Source: Thermodesulfobacteriota bacterium
Lineage (GTDB): Bacteria > Desulfobacterota_D > UBA1144 > Nemesobacterales > Nemesobacteraceae
Direction: 5' to 3'
Assembly (NCBI GenBank): GCA_965202785.1
Contig: OZ241855.1
Location: 864,001-928,000 of the forward strand
DNA length: 64,000 nucleotides
Shown here: positions 50,788 to 59,317 of the stretch, piece after piece
Numbering within the stretch: the first letter of the stretch is position 1
Layout: each line of letters opens with the position of its first letter
Made by a program: the position numbers and the translations under genes
The notes under the pieces: model-generated
Database searches by the model: none
Told to the model about the DNA's origin: nothing
The model's input: only the letters and a program-made list of their open reading frames with translations

Positions 50788-51231
50788 ATGCCGAAGATGC
50801 TTAATCAGACAGCTAATGCTCTAGTTGCTATCGCGGCTCTTCTTGCGGCTTGCGCTTTCATCGTGTCATGTTCTTCCGAGGCTCAGACAAATCCGTGTCC
50901 GGACGGTACCGAACCTTATACTGAATACAGACTTTTTTTCGGGCGTGGGGACGACTCGGCACAGGTTGTGAGCGATGATGCTTGGGGAGAATTCCTTGAA
51001 GACACGATTACTGTTCAGTTCCCAGCCGGCCTTACCGTTCTGGACGCCCGTGGACAGTATACAGATTCCGCCGAAACACTGATAAGGGAAGATACGAAGG
51101 TACTTATAATTCTCGTCTCGCCGAATTCCGGTTCCGCTCCCAAGATAGACACAATTATTGATGAATACAAACAAAGGTTCACCCAGCAAGCGGTGCTGCG
51201 CCAGGTAATAGATACCTGCGCATCCTTCTGA
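50788..51231 (+). CDS. DUF3574-like lipoprotein
   Basis: lipobox-like IVSC; LFFGR...VSDDAWGEFLEDTIT.QFPAGLTVLDARGQY...YKQRFTQQAVLR. Confidence 0.8.
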   Translation: MPKMLNQTANALVAIAALLAACAFIVSCSSEAQTNPCPDGTEPYTEYRLFFGRGDDSAQVVSDDAWGEFLEDTITVQFPAGLTVLDARGQYTDSAETLIREDTKVLIILVSPNSGSAPKIDTIIDEYKQRFTQQAVLRQVIDTCASF

Positions 51232-51380
51232 CCCTCTTGCCTTATTCCGGCTTTACTTCTTACCTTCTTTTCTTTGTTTTAACTCCTGTATCTAAAGTTG
51301 GTCTGAGCGGATTGTTTTGTTATGTACATTAGGTTAGTATTAGCTTACACAGGATTGTTTTATTCTCGGAGGAATTTTAA

Positions 51381-51794
51381 ATGAAGTTTGGAGATTATCT
51401 AAAGAGGATAAGGAAGAGGAAAAAGATTACCCAAGAGAACCTCGCTCGATCTCTTGAGGTTTCAAGCGTGTACATACATCAGCTTGAAACTGGAAAGGTT
51501 GACGCACCCTCCTTTGATCGCTGCCAGCAGATATCTTCAATCTTGGAAGTCAAGGTTGAGGAAATCTGGAGCGTCTCCAGGACGGAGAGACTCAAAAGAT
51601 TCATCGAAAAAGAGGCCATATCCGAACAGGAACTCGAAGTTCTCACGAATGAGGAGAAGATGCTCCTTAAGCTTTACAGAAGCCTTGACGGAGAAATAAA
51701 AAAGGATTTTGCCGGAATGGTATTCATGCTTCTCCGACATTCTCAGGACAAAAAGCTACGCAAGATACTTGAAGAGTTTGTAAAATGCGCCTGA
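51381..51794 (+). CDS. XRE-family HTH transcriptional regulator
   Basis: FGDYLKRIRKRKKITQENLA...YIHQLETGK; GGAGG RBS. Confidence 0.9.
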   Translation: MKFGDYLKRIRKRKKITQENLARSLEVSSVYIHQLETGKVDAPSFDRCQQISSILEVKVEEIWSVSRTERLKRFIEKEAISEQELEVLTNEEKMLLKLYRSLDGEIKKDFAGMVFMLLRHSQDKKLRKILEEFVKCA

Positions 51795-52546
51795 ACCAGA
51801 AACTTGGACTGCTGTTCAAAATATCAATGGTTGAGCTGGGCATCATAGCCCTTATAGGGGTGGTGTTCTATTTTCAGTTTGACAATGCAAAAAAAGAGTT
51901 TGTCACTAAGACCAGAGCCATAGCCGAGACTATAGGCGACCAGGCGACCAGTTTCTATCAGGATCACGGAGAGGCACCCACAAGCGACGAGTTCTATCTT
52001 TTTCTTGACGAAAGGCTGGGCAGGGAGAAGCTGTTTAACACCTTCGGGATCTCGCCAAAGTTTTTCAGCGTTACTTTCACCAAACAGCCGGAGAACGAAT
52101 TGGCTTCCGGGCACTTTATGGAAAGCACTTATCCGCCCGAGGGGTATTCGGTTGAAAAATACGCAGGAAAGATCTCCGTTTCTGTTCCGTTTCTCTCCCC
52201 GCAGGTCGAGGGGCCGCTCGGCATAGTTAAGATCGATTCCGATACGAAAACATTGATGAAAAAGGTTTTCGCCGACAACTTCCTGCTTTACGTAGCCATT
52301 TTGATGGTGCTCAACAATCAGGCCTTCATTCTTCATCTGTTCTTAAGAAGGAGGAAGGAGGAGATTCCCTTCAGCGAGGGTTATCTCAAGGAACACTCCA
52401 TAAGCGCGCTTAAGCTGATGCACAAGGTGCTTGGAGACATAATAGAAGACCACGCTTCTGAAGATAAAAAAACCGCGAAAGAGAAAACCGTGGATACGCC
52501 AAACGTAATTTCGATTTCAAATGCGGGTACTAAACTGGAAAAATGA
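51785..52546 (+). CDS. membrane protein (TM-extracytoplasmic domain-TM, short cytoplasmic tail)
   Basis: TM1 ISMVELGIIALIGVVFYF, TM2 FLLYVAILMVLNNQAFILHLFL followed by RRRK. Confidence 0.7.
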   Translation: MRLNQKLGLLFKISMVELGIIALIGVVFYFQFDNAKKEFVTKTRAIAETIGDQATSFYQDHGEAPTSDEFYLFLDERLGREKLFNTFGISPKFFSVTFTKQPENELASGHFMESTYPPEGYSVEKYAGKISVSVPFLSPQVEGPLGIVKIDSDTKTLMKKVFADNFLLYVAILMVLNNQAFILHLFLRRRKEEIPFSEGYLKEHSISALKLMHKVLGDIIEDHASEDKKTAKEKTVDTPNVISISNAGTKLEK

Positions 52547-52908
52547 AAAAGAGCTTCCTAATCACTTCATTGTTTCTCCTTGCGGCCTTTGTTCTTGCGG
52601 CCTGCACCGCGGAGGAATCCGCCGTTGAACTCGACGGGCCGGTTCTCCAGACCGAGAACTTTGACGGAAGCGTGGATTTTAACGGCGCCGTGGTGAACAC
52701 AGCGGATTTTCCGGTACAGTCGGTTTACGTCGTTATATTCGCAAAGGATTCGGATGGAAACGCCCTTGCCGCGACCTCCGCTCTTGTTGAGGAAGGGGAA
52801 AGACTTGATCCTACGGAAAGCTTTTTCTTCACAGCCAGTTTCGATGATCTTCCCCCGGAAGCCCATTCTAGGGAAGTGCAAATATATTACGATCTTGTGG
52901 AAGAGTAG
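52543..52908 (+). CDS. lipoprotein (FxLYD-like beta-sandwich)
   Basis: lipobox LAAC; GAVVNT...V.VVIFAKDSDGN...LDPTES..F. Confidence 0.7.
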   Translation: MKKSFLITSLFLLAAFVLAACTAEESAVELDGPVLQTENFDGSVDFNGAVVNTADFPVQSVYVVIFAKDSDGNALAATSALVEEGERLDPTESFFFTASFDDLPPEAHSREVQIYYDLVEE

Positions 52909-52923
52909 TTTCCTATCCCCGGT

Positions 52924-54009
52924 TTGTTGATTTCTCCTTTTAAAAAATTGGCTTTCGGTAAACTTCACCGCCCAGATTCGCTCCCTGAAGGGAAAGATGC
53001 CGTGGCTGGAATAGATATAGGCTCAAGTTCCGTTAAGGTTGTGGAACTTTCCTACAGGGGTGGAAACTACCGGCTTGAGAATATGGGAGAGGCTATGCTT
53101 CCTAGAGATGCGGTAATCCGCAAGTCGATTTCAAGGGGCGACATAGTTTCGGGGGTTGTATCAAGTCTCGTTTCTAGGCTCGGTGTGAGAACGAAAAAGG
53201 CGGTTATAGGGGTTTCCGGCGAAGCTGTTGCTTTAAAAGTCGTCAATGTTCCCAGAATTTTTCTCAGAAAGGATATGGAAAAGCTTGTTCCGGACCTTGT
53301 GAGAACCAGTCTTTGCAGAAACGTTAACGGGGTTAATTACAGCTACACTCCGCTTTTCCGCCGCAACGGAAAATCCGAAGAGACTCAGGTGCTGGTTGCG
53401 GCAGTTTCGAAAAAAACGGCGCAGGAGTATAAAAGTTCGCTTTTCTCGGCGGGCCTTCGCGCCCGGGTAATTGATGTTGACGCCATGGCTCTTTCAAACA
53501 GCTACGCAACTTTTTGCCGAGGTCGCGGTCAAAAGGTGGCGCTTGTGAACATCGGAGCGTCAGGGACTAACTTGAGCGTTTTGGACGGCACAGTGCCTTT
53601 TATACTGAGGGATATTCCGCTTGGAGGGCAATGGATTACGCTTCGTTTGATGGAGAAATTCGAAATTACCTACGAGGAGGCGGAGAGAATAAAGTTCAGC
53701 ATTAAGGGTTATGGCAGATATGACGAGATAGAAAGTGTTTTCACTGATTTCGTTGCTCGTGCCATAGATGAGATAAAGATGGTTCTTGACGAAGCTGGAG
53801 ACGTAATCGACCAAATAATTCTTTCCGGTGGATCTTCAAGAATAGCAACTCTCGCCGATACGCTTGGAGAGGCTACGGGGGTTCCGGTCGAGATTTCGAA
53901 TCCTTTTCGAAACATCACTGTTTCGGATTCGCATTTTGATCCTGAATACATTGAACATCTGGCCCCAAAGATGGCGGTTGCGGTGGGGCTTGCGCTCAGG
54001 GGTTTGTGA
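52924..54009 (+). CDS. pilM: type IV pilus assembly protein PilM
   Basis: GIDIGSSSVKVVEL, IDVDAMAL, VNIGA, LSGGSS, NPF, AVAVGLALRG. Confidence 0.9.
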   Translation: MLISPFKKLAFGKLHRPDSLPEGKDAVAGIDIGSSSVKVVELSYRGGNYRLENMGEAMLPRDAVIRKSISRGDIVSGVVSSLVSRLGVRTKKAVIGVSGEAVALKVVNVPRIFLRKDMEKLVPDLVRTSLCRNVNGVNYSYTPLFRRNGKSEETQVLVAAVSKKTAQEYKSSLFSAGLRARVIDVDAMALSNSYATFCRGRGQKVALVNIGASGTNLSVLDGTVPFILRDIPLGGQWITLRLMEKFEITYEEAERIKFSIKGYGRYDEIESVFTDFVARAIDEIKMVLDEAGDVIDQIILSGGSSRIATLADTLGEATGVPVEISNPFRNITVSDSHFDPEYIEHLAPKMAVAVGLALRGL

Positions 54010-54047
54010 ATAGAAGAAAAAGCTGGTAAGAAATTCCGCGTACCGGA

Positions 54048-54230
54048 TCAGTTTCTTGACGGTATAAGGTGGACTATCAGAGAGACCGCAAGCGCGACTG
54101 CGCCGACTACCGAGAGAACCTTAAAGTAAAAAGACCAGTCAAGTGAGAATTTGAGGGAGATTCCGAAACCTACTATAAAGAGAACAAGCGCGGTTATGAG
54201 GATCCCTCCGAGGATGTTTGTTCTAAGCAT
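54048..54230 (-). CDS. small two-TM membrane protein
   Basis: 60 aa, two hydrophobic segments, GGAG RBS. Confidence 0.6.
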   Translation of the reverse strand: MLRTNILGGILITALVLFIVGFGISLKFSLDWSFYFKVLSVVGAVALAVSLIVHLIPSRN

Positions 54231-54343
54231 AAGAAACTCCAGAAAGCAGAATTAATAAAAACGGCACTATTGTATACAAGACCCCATAAATTTCAATTTT
54301 TAAAGCAGGGAATCTCCCGTGGCTGGAAAGCCGGGTTTATATC

Positions 54344-56302
54344 ATGGCAAGTAAAAGAGAATCGCGGATTCTAAAACTGCTCAGTCAAAAAGAGGGAAGA
54401 AGCCTCTCCGAGGGCAATATTCTCCGAGGGCTTGATATGCCCGAGAGAAAAAGAAAAAATCTCCGTGCCGCACTTGAGCGTATGGTTCTTGAGGGCACGA
54501 TCAGAAGGACTTCTAAAGGGCGCTACCGCCTCGGAAAATATGAAAAAAAACCCGCCGGGCAAGACCACCGGCGTCCGAATTTTCCCGGTCACACCTTAAA
54601 CGGGAACCGGAAAAATATCGGATCGAACGGCCTGTCCAACGGGAACTCCCTGAGGGTTTTGGCCGATCTGCGAAAAACCCCAAAGGGTTTTGTTGCATGC
54701 CCGAGAAAGGCGGAGATTCCCGAGTGTGAGATTGAAAGCAGAGGTGGGGAAAGGAGCTTCTCCGACGGGGAACTCGTGGTTATAGAGATTGGACTTGGGA
54801 AGACATCGGCGAGAGTGACCGAGCGTCTTGGGGTATCCGGAGAGATTGAAACTGAAAAGAAGGGGATTATCTCCGAGTATGGTCTTCCGAAGGGTTTTTC
54901 GCGCAGCGTGACCAAAGAAGTCGGCAACCTGAGCGCGGAACTTCCAAACGGTGATCTTTCGGCGAGGGTGAATCTTGAGAGGGAAAACATTTTCACCATA
55001 GACGGGGATGACGCAAAGGATTTTGACGATGCCGTGGGCATAAAAAGAATCCGCAAGGGCAAGGGATACAGACTCTGGGTAAGCATAGCGGATGTTTCTC
55101 ATTACGTGCTATCCGGGAGTGCGTGCGATGAGGAGGCCGCGCGCAGGGCTACCAGCACCTATCTCTCGGACAGGGTTATTCCCATGCTTCCCAAGCGGCT
55201 CTCGAATGATCTCTGCAGCCTGCGGCCGAAAAAAAGACGGCTTACCAAAACAGTCGAGATGGATTTTGATTCCTCGGGAAGGCTTAAGGACTCAAGGATA
55301 TACAACAGCGTGATCAAAAGCTCTGCGAGACTTACCTATTCCAAGGCCGCGGCCGTTTTGGAAGGAAACAGCACTGCCTCATCCTCGCTCAGTAAAAGTA
55401 TAACTTCTTCCCTGATTGTGATGAGAGAGCTCTATGGCAAGCTCAAGGAGCTTAGAATCGGAAAAGGAGGTCTTGACTTTGATTTCCCCGAGGCCGTGCT
55501 TCTTCGCAATTCCTCAGGAGAGGTAAGGGACGTCGACAGGCTTAAGCGAAACACGGCCCACGAGATAATAGAGGAGTTCATGATCATGGCCAACTCCGTA
55601 GTTGCGGAGTTTGTCTTTAGAAACGGTTTTGAATCGATCTACAGAATTCACGAGCCCCCGGATCCGGATTCAATAAAGCAGCTGCGCGAAAGCCTTCTCA
55701 AAATAGGAATCAAGGCGAACCTGGGAGCAAGAGCAAAACAGCCTGACATCCAGGCGGTGATGAAGACCGCTTCGGGAAGACGGGACCGGGAGCAGATAAA
55801 CTTCATGATTCTGCGCGCGCTTAAAAAAGCTGTCTACTCGACAAAGCATATTCCCCATTTCGGTCTTGCGATAGACGATTACACTCATTTCACTTCGCCC
55901 ATAAGAAGATATCCCGATCTTGTTGTTCACAGGATTGTCGACGACATACTGGAGAAAAAAGACCCTTCCTACGATTCTGCTCTTCTCAAAAAGATCGCCG
56001 AACGCTGCTCAATTCTGGAGAGGACGGCCGAGGGTGCGGAACGTCAGTTTATGAACCTCGAGACCGCGAATTTCATGAAAACCCGCGTGGGCGAAGTCTT
56101 CCACGGGAAAATACTCAGCATACATCCCTTCGGAGTCTTCATAGAAATAAAGGAACACTTCGTCGAAGGACTCATCCCCGAGCACTTTTACAAACACAAG
56201 GGCAAGAAAAGAAAGTGGTTTGAACTCGGAGAAGGTGTTCGCGTAAAGCTCGTGTCGGCCGATCTGGAAAGAAGAAGGCTCACCTTTGATCTGGTATCCT
56301 GA
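54344..56302 (+). CDS. rnr: ribonuclease R (RNB domain, C-terminal S1)
   Basis: FTIDGDDAKDFDDAV, IADVSHYV, IEEFMIMAN, YTHFTSPIRRYPDLVVHR. Confidence 0.93.
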   Translation: MASKRESRILKLLSQKEGRSLSEGNILRGLDMPERKRKNLRAALERMVLEGTIRRTSKGRYRLGKYEKKPAGQDHRRPNFPGHTLNGNRKNIGSNGLSNGNSLRVLADLRKTPKGFVACPRKAEIPECEIESRGGERSFSDGELVVIEIGLGKTSARVTERLGVSGEIETEKKGIISEYGLPKGFSRSVTKEVGNLSAELPNGDLSARVNLERENIFTIDGDDAKDFDDAVGIKRIRKGKGYRLWVSIADVSHYVLSGSACDEEAARRATSTYLSDRVIPMLPKRLSNDLCSLRPKKRRLTKTVEMDFDSSGRLKDSRIYNSVIKSSARLTYSKAAAVLEGNSTASSSLSKSITSSLIVMRELYGKLKELRIGKGGLDFDFPEAVLLRNSSGEVRDVDRLKRNTAHEIIEEFMIMANSVVAEFVFRNGFESIYRIHEPPDPDSIKQLRESLLKIGIKANLGARAKQPDIQAVMKTASGRRDREQINFMILRALKKAVYSTKHIPHFGLAIDDYTHFTSPIRRYPDLVVHRIVDDILEKKDPSYDSALLKKIAERCSILERTAEGAERQFMNLETANFMKTRVGEVFHGKILSIHPFGVFIEIKEHFVEGLIPEHFYKHKGKKRKWFELGEGVRVKLVSADLERRRLTFDLVS

Positions 56303-56364
56303 CCGTTTTTTCCGGTTTCTTCAAAGACTTGCGCTGGGCGAAGTTTTTTAGGGTCATTGACGGC

Positions 56365-57477
56365 TTACCTTGAGATAGCATCCGGCAAGCGGTAGCTTGT
56401 GCTTCGTCCGCCACCGGGGTTCTGAATAAAAATCCCGCGTGACTTTAGGTCTTGGATATCCCTTAGTGCCGTGTCGGGAGAGCACTTGGCCAGTTTAGCA
56501 TATTTTGAGGTATTCATATGCCCTTTAAAACCATCTTCTAGCATGCGATTAATAATCAGACGCTGACGTTCATTGACAGGTCGCCGATTAACTTTTTCCC
56601 ATAGTTGCGCTTTAAACAAGACAGCGCTCAGTGCCTCTTCGGCGTTGGCAATAGCGCGGCCGAAGCAATCCAAGAACCATTCAAGCCAACCCGTTACCTC
56701 CGGCGCGCTGCGCTGCTGCTTTTCCAGTTGGTCATAATAATCCTTACGCTCAGATTCAAATTGCGATGAAAGGCTGTAAAAGCGGTGCGGCATGCCGTCA
56801 GCGCGCGCCAGGGCCATATCGGCAATCGCTCTACCAATACGTCCATTACCATCTTCAAATGGATGAACCGTCACAAACCACAAATGAGCAATACCGGCTC
56901 TGAGCACAGGGTCAGTATCATCTTTGCTCTCAAACCATGCCAGAAACTCTGTCATCTCATGCTCAAGACGCTCCGCATCCGGGGCTTCAAAATGAACTTT
57001 TTCACGTCCAATAGGGCCAGAAACCACTTGCATTGAACCTGATTCCGCGGAGCGCCATCCACCGACTGCGATACGACGCATGCCGCTACGACCAGTTGAA
57101 AATAGCGCGGCATGCCAGTCAAACAGCCTCTCTTTTGTTAAGGGTTTGGCAGATTGCTGAGTCGCATCCAGCATGATTTCGACAATCCCTTCGACATCTC
57201 GGTTCACTGGCACGGGGCTAGCGATATGAATGCCCAGTCGGCGGGCGATTGACGAACGAACCTCTCGGGGATTCAGATTTTCCCCCTCGATGGCCGATGA
57301 TTTAACAACGTCGCTTGTCAAAGTGCTTAGACTTGCTTCTCTCTTCAGTTCAAAACCTAATCCTTCCATTCTGCCTAATAAACGGCCCTGACGGTGCCGA
57401 ATATCTGCAAGCTTAGAAGCGAGTTTTCCGCTGTCCCAAGTGAAGTCCGGCCAACTCTGATGTTTGTATATCCACAT
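56365..57477 (-). CDS. Fic family protein (DUF4172 N-terminus, C-terminal winged HTH)
   Basis: MWIYKHQSWPDFTWD, SSAIEGE, HPFEDGNGRIGR, SPDTALRDIQDL; start probably ATG 57477 (track: GTG 57486). Confidence 0.92.
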   Translation of the reverse strand: MWIYKHQSWPDFTWDSGKLASKLADIRHRQGRLLGRMEGLGFELKREASLSTLTSDVVKSSAIEGENLNPREVRSSIARRLGIHIASPVPVNRDVEGIVEIMLDATQQSAKPLTKERLFDWHAALFSTGRSGMRRIAVGGWRSAESGSMQVVSGPIGREKVHFEAPDAERLEHEMTEFLAWFESKDDTDPVLRAGIAHLWFVTVHPFEDGNGRIGRAIADMALARADGMPHRFYSLSSQFESERKDYYDQLEKQQRSAPEVTGWLEWFLDCFGRAIANAEEALSAVLFKAQLWEKVNRRPVNERQRLIINRMLEDGFKGHMNTSKYAKLAKCSPDTALRDIQDLKSRGIFIQNPGGGRSTSYRLPDAISR

Positions 57478-57480
57478 GTT

Positions 57481-57580
57481 ATTCACCGTATTATTTGCAG
57501 TGATTATAACCTTGTTCTCCGTAGAAGCAAGAAAAATTGCCGCAAAATATGCGGTGAATGAAATCGCTATTCACCGCATA
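57481..57580. promoter_or_regulatory. array of palindromic operator-like sites upstream of the Fic gene
   Basis: ATTCACCGTA-N5-TGCAGTGATT (57481-57505), AATTGCCGCA-N5-TGCGGTGAAT (57535-57559), half-site ATTCACCGCA (57569-57578). Confidence 0.65.
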
Positions 57581-57706
57581 GCGCCAAGTTCTCTTGATAG
57601 CGTATCCATCCAGCCGGCAGGATGCATCAAATAAAACATAAAATTTGCATGGTAGATTATATTTCAAAGGTTGTAATTTGTATCATTGCCTATCGTGGAG
57701 TATGTG

Positions 57707-58249
57707 ATGGAACTTGAAACACTCTGGCAGAAATATAGAGCTAATATAAAAGCATTTTTACATTCAAGGGTTTCTAATCCAGACGATGTTGATGACTTGT
57801 TGCAGGAGGTATTAATCAAAACCTACAAAAACCTCGACACGCTTGCCTCAGAAAACAGCATCAAGCCATGGCTGTTCCAGGTTGCAAACAATACGATTAT
57901 TGACTTTTACCGCAAAAAAGGACGTCTGAATAAGTTCATACATGACGACTTTCATTTGGATGAAGAAGATTCTGATACACAAGATGAGCTTGCGCGGTGC
58001 ATAGAGTCTTTCATTAAAAACCTGCCACAACAGAATGCAGAACTTTTAACAGTTATTGATATAAAAGGTCGATCGCAAAAAGAGTATGCAGAGGAGACAG
58101 GCGTTAGTTATTCCACACTTAAATCCCGTGTGCAAAAAAGCCGAGATTTGTTGCGAAAGCTCTTTGATGATTGCTGTCATTTATCTTTTGACCAATTTGG
58201 CAGAGTTATTGAATACACTCCAAAGTCAGGCGATTGTAAAAATTGTTAA
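57707..58249 (+). CDS. sigZ: ECF sigma factor SigZ-like
   Basis: DVDDLLQEVLIK, WLFQVANNTIIDFYRK, SQKEYA...YSTLKSRVQKSR, C-terminal CC...CKNC; GGAG RBS before ATG 57707. Confidence 0.85.
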   Translation: MELETLWQKYRANIKAFLHSRVSNPDDVDDLLQEVLIKTYKNLDTLASENSIKPWLFQVANNTIIDFYRKKGRLNKFIHDDFHLDEEDSDTQDELARCIESFIKNLPQQNAELLTVIDIKGRSQKEYAEETGVSYSTLKSRVQKSRDLLRKLFDDCCHLSFDQFGRVIEYTPKSGDCKNC

Positions 58250-58316
58250 GTTTTTTTCGTCTTTTTTGTTTGCTGCACGTCTTACAGGTAAAGCAACCAA
58301 AAAATAGGAGTTAAAG

Positions 58317-59024
58317 ATGATTAAAGTTATCAGCTTCAAAATTTGTCCATTCGTTCAGCGCGTGACTGCTTTGCTTGAAGCTAAGAATTTGCCGTATGAA
58401 CTGGAATACGTTGACCTAGGCAAGAAACCGCAATGGTTTTTAGACATATCACCAACAGGACAAGTTCCTGTGCTGATTACGGAAGATGGAACGGCATTAT
58501 TTGAATCCGATGCTATCGTTGAATATCTGGATGAGGTTTTTGAACCTTTAGAATCCGATCTTACGCCGGAACAACGTGCTCTTGATCGCGCATGGAACTA
58601 TCAAGCCACAAAACATTACCTTGTGCAATGTTCTGCACAACGTAGTGCTGATAAAGATACTCTTATAGAGCGTTCAGCAAAATTGGGTAAAGCGTTTGAA
58701 AAAGCCGAAAAAGCTCTGGGCGAAGGTCCATATTTTAAAGGAAAAACATTCAGCAATGTTGATGTTGCCTGGATACCTTTACTTCATCGCGCGGCAATTA
58801 CTGAAAAACATAGCTGCTATGATTTCTTGGCTCAATATCCGAAGGTCAAGGCATGGCAGGCTTCACTTTTAAAAACGGATGTGGTGACAAACTCGGTTGC
58901 AGATGATTTTGAGAAAGCTTTTACGGGTTTTTATTTATCTGATGAAACTTTTCTGGGTAAATATAAAGAGTGCTCTACAGAGCCATTTAGTAGAAAATCC
59001 TGTGAAGCGTATGAATGTTGCTAG
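58317..59024 (+). CDS. glutathione S-transferase family protein (CPF active-site motif)
   Basis: KICPFVQRV, KPQWFLDISPTGQVPVL, LFESDAIVEYLDE. Confidence 0.9.
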   Translation: MIKVISFKICPFVQRVTALLEAKNLPYELEYVDLGKKPQWFLDISPTGQVPVLITEDGTALFESDAIVEYLDEVFEPLESDLTPEQRALDRAWNYQATKHYLVQCSAQRSADKDTLIERSAKLGKAFEKAEKALGEGPYFKGKTFSNVDVAWIPLLHRAAITEKHSCYDFLAQYPKVKAWQASLLKTDVVTNSVADDFEKAFTGFYLSDETFLGKYKECSTEPFSRKSCEAYECC

Positions 59025-59133
59025 GATTTGAATTATGCGGAAATGCATATGACTAAAATCTGATGCGTTAGAATAGAATAAAGCCATGTGTTTCCCGTTC
59101 TCAGAGTTCGAGAATGTGAACAACTGTACTGAG

Positions 59134-59224
59134 TGGCGGAGGGAGTGGGATTCGAACCCACGAGGGCCAAAAAGACCCCACTGGTTTTCGAGACCAGCGC
59201 CTTAAACCACTCGGCCATCCCTCC
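59134..59224 (-). tRNA. tRNA-Ser(CGA)
   Basis: reverse complement GGAGGGATGGCCGAGTGG..., anticodon arm CTGGT-CTCGAAA-ACCAG, long variable arm, CCA. Confidence 0.95.
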
Positions 59225-59317
59225 CGACCCGCAAAACAGGCTACCGAAGCCCGAGGGGCAAGGCAACATCTCCCGGGAAGTTTTGTTATTAACCCCTCCG
59301 TGTAAAATTAAGCGGAT

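Noticed and set aside
56303-56364. Possible att duplicate of the tRNA-Ser 3' end
   Set aside because: No copy of TGGCGGAGGG in this spacer, so no att pair can be claimed
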